A DNA stretch of 64,000 bases from the human T2T-CHM13v2.0 reference genome, Homo sapiens, in assembly GCF_009914755.1 (NCBI RefSeq), contig NC_060944.1, one strand, 5' to 3'. Shown piece by piece: positions 53,401 to 64,000 of the stretch. A program made the position numbers and the translations under genes. Under the pieces are notes generated by a model that was given only the letters and a program-made list of their open reading frames with translations, was not told the origin of the DNA and made no database searches. Position 1 is the first letter of the stretch, and each line of letters starts with the position of its first letter.

Positions 53401-55797
53401 GGGCAGAGAGCAGGGTAGGATGAAACATGTCATTAGCAATGGTGATTCCGTCCTGAGCTCTGTGGGGAAATTGGTGTTGAAGTTGGGCCACTGTGGGGAA
53501 AGAAATGAGTGGTCCAGAAGATATTCAACCAGCCAAGATTACCATGTTTTCACATCTAAGGAAAGAGAGCTGCAGGGATGAGGGGAGGCGGGCACATCTA
53601 TGGTCTCTATGTTTCTGGGTGTGCAGGCTTGGGGAGCAGGAGAAAAAACTGGAGAATCTGGAGAAAGTAAGACATTACTGTTAAGTGCCTGGGGCAACTT
53701 TCTAAGTGAAAGATTCCAATAACTTCCACTCTGCTCCACCATGCTAATTATTTCTTATTTTTGTTCTGCTCCTTTGGGAAGCAAAAGCAGGACAGGTGAG
53801 AAGGAAAGGTGAGGATGTTATAACTCCTCTCCAGAATTGACATGTGGGGCTGGACAGGAGCCCAGATGATTCCTAAATCCCAGGATTCTTAGCAGGACCA
53901 ACTGAGTGAAAGGGTTTGGGTTCCGTAGACCACTCTGAAGGCCATGGCTATGTCTTTGTCTAAGAAAAATAATCTTTCCTCAACTCTTCTTGGCCACACA
54001 GTGCCCTGAAGAGATGCAAAGAAAGTGGAGTTGCAGTGGGAGAGAAAGGAGACACCAAAAGTCATGAGGAGAGAAATCATAATGACCAGGTAGCTGTGGC
54101 TGCCCTCAGGGAAGGGGACTGGAAAAATTCATCCCCTCATGTGGGGGAAAAGACCACTTAGTATCTTGGAACAATGTTGCCTTTTGCTGAGCCTTGGGCA
54201 TTGAGGGAAAACTGACTTTCTGCTTTTTATGCCAGATAAGGAAAAAATAAAAATAAAAATGTGAAACTGAGGGAAGTACAAAGGGGTTTTGAGGGAGTTG
54301 GGGTAGAAAACTGTATCTTCTTGGGACTTGAATCAAATGTTTTAAGTCTGCCAAGCCAGATCATGTTAGACCTTCACCTCTTAGATCCTGTGGTTTTGAT
54401 CAATGTGCTCTGTGAGCTACCCTGCCCTAACCCAACTTCTCTAACTCTACCACAGATGGTAAAAGAAAATGAGTTTTGAAGGAATACAGCAAATATTCAC
54501 AAGTATCTCCCAGACTTAATGCACCTGGATGAAGATGAGATTCTCAGCTCTACTTCCCCCTCCCCATTCCCTTATGTATCACCATTGTCAAGGTCAGGTG
54601 CTGACCAGGGACAATTTCCCTTGAACTGTTCTTTATTTAGTTCTCCATCACTTGCCTAATCAGAGAAAAGAAGCGGACATGGCCACAGCCTTTCCAGTAC
54701 AGAGGAGAGAACATCCCAGACACTTTCATATCTTCTTCCCATATTCCTAGTTCATGGACCTCCTGAGTGAAGAAAGAGCTTGAAGTTCTAGGAACTGAGA
54801 GGTTAACATTTCTCTCAGGACCCAAGGCAAGATTTCAGTGATCACCAGATAACCGGGAAAAAAGGGTTTGCAGTTGCTGGCCTTAACGGGGAGATTTAAA
54901 CAGGCATGGCATCTGAATACCAACTCCATCTGCCAACTGTCCCCCATGTCATTGCTCCCTTTCAACAACGGCCAAACACCCTGTATGAAAAACCCTCCTT
55001 GAGTTGGAGGAAAAAGCTGTAACCAGACTGAGTCCTCAAGCCATGCCTGAGTCCTCCATTGGTTTGATGGGATGTTCCCTTGCACCTCTTCGGCTCTGCG
55101 GGAATTCAGAGGAAGGGTGTCCAATCAGGTCAGAGAAGAGAAAGCTTCCCTAAATGAGCCACTCCTAGCTGTGGCTCCCACTTCACCAGCTAAAGAGCCA
55201 CATTTTCTCTTCCTCTGCCTCCAGCTCCCTTGGTTTCCCACATCACTCCTGCTTTTCAGGTTTGTCCCCGGCCTCCTGGATTCCCCTCTACCCCAGTCCT
55301 ACTCTTCCTGGGCCCCAGCCTTTTTAAAGCTCTTCACATGCCTCTTTCCAAGCCTTCAGCTTTTCTCACATCTCAGTCTCCATGCAAATACTTTTACTAC
55401 CCAAACTTCCTTCCAAATTTTTTCTCACTTAAAAAGATTCCTTCAATGGTTCTCTTTTCTACAGTTTAATCTTCACTCGAACTTCAACCCAGCCTAACCC
55501 CGTTTAAATGCTGTCAGTTCCCAGTATCACCAATCGCTTAACACCCACTTCCTTCCTCCTTTGCTCCTACTAATGGTCTGGTTACTCCTTTTTGCTCCAG
55601 CATTCCCCAAAACCTTCTCAAGCAGGGATATCGTTCCCTCATTTACCCAAAATCTCCTTTGCACACTTCTGGCGCCTTCAGGCCACATCACTCCGGTCCT
55701 TTAGACTCCTACGCACCCAACGTCCCCGTCTCTCCCTCACACCCACTTGCTTCCCTTGCTCCCACCACAACAGTGCCCATCTCCCCTCCCCGCTCAC

Positions 55798-56351
55798 TCA
55801 GGTCTCCTGCTCAGGACGCCCTTGCCGAGGGCGGAGGGGGATTTGTGCTGAAGGAGGGCTCCGGCAGCAGCGCAGCAACTCGGGGGACGCTCCTTCTCCT
55901 TGTCAGTCACGGCCCCTTGTGTCCCCAGATGCTTCTGGGGCGACTGGGGTGTGTGAGCCCTGCTGCCAGGGCCCCGCTGGGGCTGCTCCAGGAGCTGTCC
56001 GTGGTGCTGACGCGGCGGCCGATCGGGCGCGGGATGCGGCGCGGCTGCTGAGCGCTGTCCCTGGTCCTGGAGAGGTTCCTGGGCCCTGGCGGCGGCGGCA
56101 GGAGCGGTGGCCGGAGCGGCCGGCAGCGGGGCCGATGACGGGGGGAAGAGCCCGGGCGGAGGCTGGGCTTGCAGCAGCTGCTGGTGCTCCCACAGGCTGC
56201 GGTTCTCAGTGCTCAGCTCGTCCAGCCGCCGCTCCAGCTCGTCGATACGCTCTCGCTGGGTGTGGATGAGGCTCTGCTGCTTCTGCACGATGGCCGTGAG
56301 CTCCTTGAGGCAGAGCACGGCGCGCACCGGATTCTCCAGCAGGCTCTCCAT
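55798..56351 (-). pseudogene. IQSEC3P3: Duplicated IQSEC3 exon 1 (N-terminal coiled coil); ORF and donor intact, downstream exons absent from window
   Basis: [47 protein letters not shown]...KGVLSRRPE matches the recalled IQSEC3 N-terminus; ATG at 56351 in GGCGGCATGG context; donor CCTGA|GTGAGC after 55798; symbol from memory. Confidence 0.88.
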
Positions 56352-56740
56352 GCCGCCCGCCGCCGCCTGCGCCCTGCCTGCGCCTGGGCTGGCGGCGGGG
56401 AGCGCGAGGGCGCGGGAGCCCAGCAGCCCAGGGGTCGGCTCGCCTCCCTCTCCCACCGGCCCAGCCTCCCTCCCCCCGCCGGCGCCGCGTCACTGCCACC
56501 CCGACCTTCACACACGCATCGCGGGGCGGGGCGGCTGCGCAAGGCCCCACCCCCACCCCACCCCCTACCTCCAGACCTCCCCAACTCCTCGCCTCCCCAC
56601 CTCCCTGCCTCTTGGCGTCAGCGAAGGCTCTGCTGCCTGCAGGGCAGAGAGGAGAGGGAGGAGGCCAGCGAGAGGGAGCCTCTGTCGGGGCGTGGGAGGA
56701 AAGCAAGATAACGCAGGCGACCCGAGAAGGACGGTGAATC
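55950..56740 (-). promoter_or_regulatory. CpG island promoter of the IQSEC3 exon 1 copy
   Basis: Dense CpG; GC boxes GGGGCGGGGCGG at 56523. Confidence 0.8.
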
Positions 56741-58828
56741 TGACTGGCCAGACTGGGAAGTAGGCGAAGGGGAAGCAGCGATACTGGGAAGGTGCGGTGG
56801 GACCTGTAGGAGAAGAGAAACAGAAAAGAAAGGAAGAGAAGGGGAGAGGCCAGCAGAGAGGAAGCAGAAAAAGGGAAGGTGGGGCCAAGAAAGAGAAATG
56901 TGCTGGAGGAGAGGAAGGTGTGGGGCCCTGAAGGGACGCGAATTCTTTTTTCCCAGGTCCAGGCCTTCCAGAGGCTGGGGTTCATCTAGAGACCTGCTGA
57001 GGAGGGGCCACACTCGCCTCTTTTGCTCGCAGCAATCTATTCTGCCAGGGGATTCCCTGGAACACAAGAATCCTGGGGCTCTAAGGGACCCTAAAGAGCG
57101 TCTGGTCCTGCTCCTTCCTTCATCCGTGACGAAACTTGGGATGGGAAGGCTGTTCCTGCTGGGTTTCCTCTGGGAGTGAGACCTCAAGACAACTGTGGCA
57201 GTTCCTGATAGAAACACTAAATAAACGAGGTCCTCTGTGGCAAGGGCTGACGCTTCCAGAAGCTTCTGAATAGATCATTCTATTTGACAAACAGTTATAA
57301 AATGCACACTATTACCAAACACTGGGCTAGATGGTGGTAAGAGAAGCATGACCAGAATGGAATCTTAGGCTTTTTGAAGCTTATAAATAAGTGGGTGAAA
57401 TTGGTCATGATTAACTTTGACGTATGATAGTGGTGGTGAGTAATCAGGCAGAGGTTTGCCCAGAGTGCTATAGGAGCCAGCAGCTTGGAGATCCAGGGAG
57501 GCTTCTTACAGGAAGTGACCCTTGATGTGGGAAGGGTTTTCCATAAAGGGAAGACAGCATGAGCAAAAGCTCAGAGACATTAATCAGCATCGATTGAATC
57601 ATTCATTGATGTCTACAATAATCACCACTCACTAGGTGCAAAGTAATGTACCAGAATCTATGCAAGCCACATCTAGCATAGATAATAAGTTATCATTTCT
57701 ATAATCAAGTTGATTCCAATCTCATAGAGTAGATATGCCATGCACATGAATAAGTAAAACACAACTCAAGATTTCTGTAAGAGCTCTTCAAGCCAAGTGC
57801 CATAGAGTTCAGGGGAGGGAGAGGATTCATTTGACTGTGTTGATCTGATAAGTTCTGACAGAGGTGTTATTCAAGTTGGGCCATGAAGAATGGGAAATAT
57901 TTCAACAGGTAGACAGAACAGGGGGCCAGATATGAGAAAGATACATCAGGCAGCAGGGAAAAAACTAATGAATGGAAATAGAGCACTTGGTTTAAATTAA
58001 TTTGGCAGGGAAATGACCCTTTCCTTTTCTTTTCCTTTACTTTTTTTTTTTTTTAAGTCTTGTCTGTCACCGAGGCTGGAGTGCAGTGTGGCAGGATCAT
58101 AGCTTACTCCATCCTTGAACTCCTGGGATCAAGGAATCCTCTAGCCTCAGCTTCCTGAGTAGGTGGGACTACAGATGCATACCACCATGCCCCGTGAAGG
58201 AAGTGAGTTGTTCTTTCCTCTTTTATAGGAATGGGATGGGAAAGAGGAAGGGCTATGAGTACGCTTCGCATGTTTGTTATTGTGTTGTTCCGTTCTTCAC
58301 ACACATGTCCATCAGGCTCCCTGTCAACCTTCCATTCCCCCAGGATAGGCATATTTATGGGTACCATGTGCCCAGTGAGCTGGCCCACCCCCCACCACCA
58401 CGTGGTGCCAGACTTGAATGACCTTATGAGAAGGAACTTGTGCTCTGCACATATATTGGTTTATCTGCATTCGTGATGTGTTTTTATTTTGCTTTTCTCC
58501 CATTTATCTTCCTAGCAAACTTTCTTTGGTAAAGAATGAATAAAGGAAGCTTATCCACAGCTGAGCTCACGGTTAGGGGAAACAGCACACAGGAGGATGC
58601 TTTGGTAGTGACCAGCATTCCAGCTAAAGAATGGAGGTTGGGGGATGAAACAAGGGCACACAAAAACTCAAACTCTTTTTTCTGAATTTTCTTTGTTTGC
58701 CTAGTTGATTTGCTGTCCAAGAATTGGGTGCTTGGACAGCAAATTAGAGATGAATACGATAAGTGAAACAGCCTGCAGCATAATTATCCATGGGGATTGT
58801 TGAAAATGCAGATTTCTGAGCCCTATAT

Positions 58829-59290
58829 TGTAGCAGGACAAGCCGCAGACAAAATTCCTCAGACACCGAGTTAAAGAAGGAAGGGGTTTATTTGGCCGGG
58901 GGCATCGGCAAGACTCCTTTCTCAAGAGCTGAGCTCCCCGAGTGAGCAATTTCTGTCCTTTTTAAGGGTTCACAACTCTAAGGGGGTGCGCGTGAGAGGG
59001 TCGTGGTCGATTAAGCAAGCAGGGGGTACGTGACTGGGGGCTGCATGCACCGGTAATTAGATCGGAACACAACAGGATAGGGATTTTCACAGTGCTTTTC
59101 TATACAATGTCTGTAATCTATAGATAACATAACTGATTAGGTCAGGGGTCGATCTTTAACTACCAGGCCCAGGGTGTGGCGCCGGGCTGTCTGCTTGTGG
59201 ATTTCATTTCTGCCTTTTAGTTTTTAGTTTTTCTTTCTTTGGAGGCAGAAAATGGGCATAAGGCAATATGAGGGGTGGTCTCCTCCCTTA
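58829..59290 (-). mobile_element. LTR2 (HERV-E) solo LTR inserted into a MER5-like element
   Basis: Reverse complement starts TAAGGGAGGAGACCACCCCTCATATTGCCTTATGCCC and ends ...CTGCTACA; flanks rejoin as GAAAATGCAGATTTCTGAGCCC...GAATCACTAGGAATGGGGACCAAG. Confidence 0.88.
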
Positions 59291-59599
59291 ATACCAGTCC
59301 TGCTGTATTGGAATCACTAGGAATGGGGACCAAGAATTTTTATTTTAAAAACTTTTTTCATTAAAAAAATCAACTTTGTTGACTTATAATTTATATCCAA
59401 TGATATGCTCCCATTTTATGTGCACAGTTCAATGAATTTTGACAAATGTTCATGCCCTATTTTAGTCAGTTCCTCTCATCCTCAGCTCCAGTTAACCACT
59501 GACTTGCTGTCTGCCAGTATATGTTAGTTTTGTCTGTTGTGGAATTTCACATAAAAATCATACAGTATACACTACTTCGTGTCTTTCTTTTTAAATTTT

Positions 59600-62500
59600 T
59601 TATTATTTTAAAAATTACTATGATGATTTTTGTTTTAATAGTTTCTGGGGAACATGTGATGTTTGGTTACATAGATAAGTTCTTTTGTGGTGATTTCTGA
59701 GATTTTGGAGCACCCATCACCTGAGCAGTGTACACCGTACCTAATGTGTAGTCTTTTATCTCTTACCCCACTCCCACCCTTCTCCCAAGTCCCCAGAGTC
59801 CATTGCATCATCCTTAAGCCTTTGAGTCCTCATAGCTTAGTTCCCACTTACACACGAGAACATAAGATATTTGGTTTTCCATTCCTGAGTTACTTCACTT
59901 GGAATAATGATCTCCAATTCCATCCAGGTTGCTGCCAATGCCATTATTTCATTCCTTTTTAAATCCACTCATTGATTGATGGGCATTTGGGCTGGTTCCA
60001 CATTTTTGCAATTGTGAATTGTGCTGCTATAAACATATGTGTGCAAGTGTCTTTTTTTTCATATAATGATTTCTTTTCCTCTGGATAAATACCCAGTAGT
60101 GGGATTGCTGGATCAAATGGTAGATCTATGTTTAGTTCTTTAAGGAATCTCCATACTGTTTTCCATAGTGGTCGTACTAGTTTACATTCCCACCAGCAGT
60201 GTAAAAGTGTTTCCTTTTCACCAAATTCACGCCAATATCTATTATTTTTTGATTTTTAAATTATGGCCATTCTTGCAGGAGTTAGGTGGTATCACATTGT
60301 GTGGTGTTTTTTGTTGTTGTTGTTTGTTTTGTTTGTTTGTTTTTGAGATGAAGTCTTGTTCTGTCACCCAGGCTGGAGTGCAGTGGCTCGACCTCAGCTC
60401 ACTGCAACCTCCACCTCCTGGGTTCAAGTGATTCGTCTGCCTCAGCCTTTGGAGTTCAAGTGATTCTCCTGCCTCAGCTTCCCAAGTACCAAGTAGCTGG
60501 GACTACAGGAGTGTACAACCATGCCCGGCAATTTTTGTGTTTTTAGTAGAGATGTGGGTTTCACCATGTTGGTCTCGAACTCCTGACCTCAGGTGATCCA
60601 CCTGCCTCAGCCTCCCAAAGTGCTGGGATTACAGGTGTGAGCCACGATGCCTGGCCAGCACTGTGGTTTTGATTTGCATTTCCCTTATCATTAGTGATGT
60701 TGAGCATTTTTTTCATATGTTTGTTGGCCATTTGTATATATTCTTTTGAGAATTGTTATTTATGTCCTTAGCCCACTTTTTGATGGGATTATTTGTTTTT
60801 TTCTTGCTGATTTGTTTGAGTTCCTTGTAGATTCTGGATATTAGACCTGTGTTGGATGCATAGTTTGTGAAAATTTCCCCCACTCTGTGGGTTGTCTGTT
60901 TACTCTGCTGATTATTTCTTGTGCTGTGCAGAAGCTTTCTAGTTTAATTAAGTCCTTCTATTTATCTTTGTTGCATTTGCTTTTAGGTTGTTGGTCATGA
61001 ACTCTTTGCCAAGCCAATGTCTAGAAGAGTTTTTCCAATGTTATCTTTTAGAATTTTTATGATTTCAGGTCTTAGATTTAAGTATTTGATTCATCTTGAA
61101 TTGATTTTTGTATAAGGTGAGAGATGAGTATGCAGATTTATTCTTCTACATGTGGCTAGCCAATCATTCCCAGCACCACCTGTTGAATAGTGTGTCCTTT
61201 CCCTACTTTATGTTCTCATTTGCTTTGTCAAAGATCAGTTGGGTGTAAATATTTGGCTTTATTTCTGGGATTGCTAGTCTCTTCCATTGGTCTATGTGCC
61301 TATTTTTATACCAGTACCATGCTGTTTTGGTGATGATAGCCTGGTAGTATAGTTTGAAGTCAGGTAATGTGATGCCTCCAGATTTGTTCTTTTTCTTTAC
61401 TCTTGGTTTGGCTATGTGGGCTCTTTTGTTCCATATAAATTTAAGGGTTTTTTTTTTCTAGTTCTGTGAAGAATGATAATGATATTTTGATGAGAATTGC
61501 ATTGAATTTATAGATTGCTTTTGGCAGTATGGTCATTTTCACAATATTGATTCTATTCATTCATGAGCATGGGGTATGTTTCCATTTGTTTGTGTCATCT
61601 ATGATTTCTTTCAGCAATGTTTTGTAGTTTTCCTTGCAGAGATCTTTCACCTCCTTGGTTAGGTATATTCCTAAGTATTTTATTTTATTTTTTGCAGTTA
61701 TTGTAAAAGGGGTTGAGTTATTGCTTTGTTTCTCAGCTTGGTTGCTGTTGGTGTATAGCAGTGTTACTGATTTGTGTACATTGATTTTGTATCCTGAAAC
61801 TTTACTGAATTCATTTATCAGATCTCAGAGCTTTTTGAGTGAGTGCTCAGGGTGTTCTAGGTATACAATCATATCATCAGCAAATAGCAACAGTTTGACT
61901 TCCTCATTACCAATTTGGATGTCCTTTATTTCTTTCTCTTGTCTGATTGCTCTGGCTAGGACTTCCAGTACTATGTTGAATAGAAGTGGTGAAAGTGGGC
62001 GTCCTTACGTTGTTCCAGTTCTCAGGGGGAATGCTTTCAGCTTTTTCCCCTTCAGTATAATGTTGGCTGTGGGTTTGTCACAGATGGCTTTTATTACCTT
62101 AAGGTATGTTTTTTTCTATGTAGATTTTGTTGAGGGTTTTAATCATAAAATTTTGTCAAATGCTTTTTCTGTGTCTATTGAGATGACAATGTGATTTTTT
62201 TAACAAAAATTCTGTTTATGTGGTGTATCACATTTATTGACTTGTGGATGTTAAACCATGCCTGTATCCCTGGTGTGAAACCCACTTGATCATGGGGGAT
62301 TATCTTTTTGCTATGCTGTTGGATTTGGTTAGGTAGTATTTTGTTGAGGATTTTTATATCTATGTTCATCAGGGACATTGGTCTGTAGTTTCCTTTTTTG
62401 TTATGTCCTTTCCTAGTTTTGATATTAGGGTGATACTGGCTTTATGGAATTATTTAAGGAGGATTCCCTCTTTCTCTGTCTTTTGGAATAATTTCAGTAG

Positions 62501-64000
62501 AATTGTTGAGAATTCTTCTTTGAATGTCTGATAGAATTCAGTTGTGAATCCTTCTGGTCCTGGACTTTTTTTTTTGTTTGGCAATTTTTAAATTACCATT
62601 TCAATCTCACTGCTTGTTATTGGTCTGTTCAGAGTTTCTATTTCTTCCTGGTTTAATCTAGGAAGGTTGCTTATTTCAGGAATTTATCTGTCTCCTCTAG
62701 ATTTTCTAGTTTAGCTTGTAAAGGTGTCCATAGTAGCATTGAATGATTCTTTGTATTTCTATTTTATCGGTTGTAGTATCTCCTGTTTCATTTCTAATTG
62801 AGCTTATTAGGACTTTCTCCTTCTTTTCTTGGTTAATCTCACTAATGATCTATCAATTTTGTTTATCTTTTCAAAGAGCCAGCTTTTCGTTTTCCTTAGC
62901 TTTTTTATTTTTTTTGTTTAAATTTCATTTAGTTCTCCTCAGATCGTTGCTATTTCTTTTCTTCCGCTAGGGTTTGGTTTGGTTTGTTCTTGTTGCTGTA
63001 GTTCCTTGAGGTGTGACCTTAGATTGTGTATTTGTGTTCTTTCAGACTTTTTTAAGGTAGGACTGTAATGCTATGAAATTTCCTCTTTTTTTTTTAATTT
63101 TTACTTTTTGGAGATGGAATTTCACTCTTGTTGTCCAGGCTGGAGTGCAATGGCAAGATCTTGGCTCACCACAACCTCCTTCTCCCGTGTTCAAGCAATT
63201 CTTCCACCTTAGCCTCCCAAGTAGCTGGGACTACAGGCATGCACCACCACACCCAGCTAATTTTGTATTTTTAGTAGAGACGGGGTTTCTCCATGTTAGG
63301 CTAGTCTCGAACTCCCAACCTGAGGTGATCTGCCCGCCTTGGCCGAAGTTTTCTCTTAGCACTGTTTTTGCTGTATCCCAGAGGTTTTGATAGGTTGTGT
63401 CACTATTATCATTCAGTTTAAGGAATTTTTAAATTTCCATCTTGATTTCCTTGTTGACTCAAACTTTGTTCAGGAACAGATTATTTAATTTCCATGCATT
63501 TGCATGGTTTTGAGAGTTCCTTTGGAGTTCATTTCCAATTTTATTTCACTGTGGTCTGAAAGAGTACTTGATATAATTTTGATTTTCTTAAATTTATTGC
63601 AACTTGTTTTGTGGCCTATGTATGATCTGTCTTGGAGAATGTTCCATGTGCTGATGGATGTTTTTAGGGTATAGTTTAAGTCCACTGTTTCTTTGTTGGC
63701 TTTCTGTCTTGATGACTTGTCTAGTGCTGTCAGTGGAGTATTGAAGTCCCCCACTATCATTGTGTTGCCTTCTATCTCATTTCTTTGGGCTAGTAGTAAT
63801 TGTTTTATAAATTTTGAAGCTCCGGTGTTAGGTGCATATATATTTAGGATTGTAATATTTTCCTGTTGGACTAGTCCTTTTATCATTATATAATGCCCTT
63901 CATTGTCTTTTTTAACTGTTGTTACATTAAAATCTCTTTTGTCTGATATAAGAATAGCTACTTCTGATCACTTTTGGTGTCCATTTGCACGGAATATCTT
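59600..64000 (-). mobile_element. L1PB-type LINE-1 (decayed ORF2 and 3' UTR) with Alu insertions at ~60340-60656 and ~63105-63345
   Basis: Endonuclease fragment ITILNIYAPNTGA...VGDFNTPL (63485-63886); RT fragment [14 protein letters not shown]...HDQVGF (62175-62378); L1PB1-like 3' UTR; many stops and indels. Confidence 0.93.

Noticed and set aside
55592-57217. ORFs overlapping the IQSEC3 exon in other frames and strand
   Set aside because: Shadow frames of a GC-rich exon and promoter
61634-63893. Active LINE-1
   Set aside because: ORF2 is fragmented, has internal deletions and is interrupted by Alus

Overview
Human (or great-ape) genomic DNA that I recognise, from recalled sequence rather than a search, as the distal 20q13.33 subtelomere. 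From left to right: the last coding exon and 3' UTR of PCMTD2; a repeat-rich spacer; a TAR1/TERRA-promoter-type element followed by an ~840-bp (TTAGGG)n array that looks like a former chromosome end but sits inside the window; an appended AT-rich duplicon carrying a rearranged processed CIC pseudogene, the SEPTIN14 last exon and the spliced lncRNA LINC00266-1; and, after a breakpoint inside an Alu at ~44,176, a GC-rich duplicon of the IQSEC3 5' end (exon 1 ORF intact, two CpG islands), an LTR2 and an L1PB element. I see no convincingly new biological system. The most interesting signals are the fossil telomere with its co-oriented CTCF-motif array, the duplication/inversion/insertion inside the CIC pseudogene, an in-frame CIC-to-SEPTIN14 splice path, an intact 185-codon IQSEC3 N-terminal ORF, and a perfect 54-bp-arm palindrome. 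Gene names and repeat subfamilies are from memory and need BLAT/RepeatMasker confirmation.
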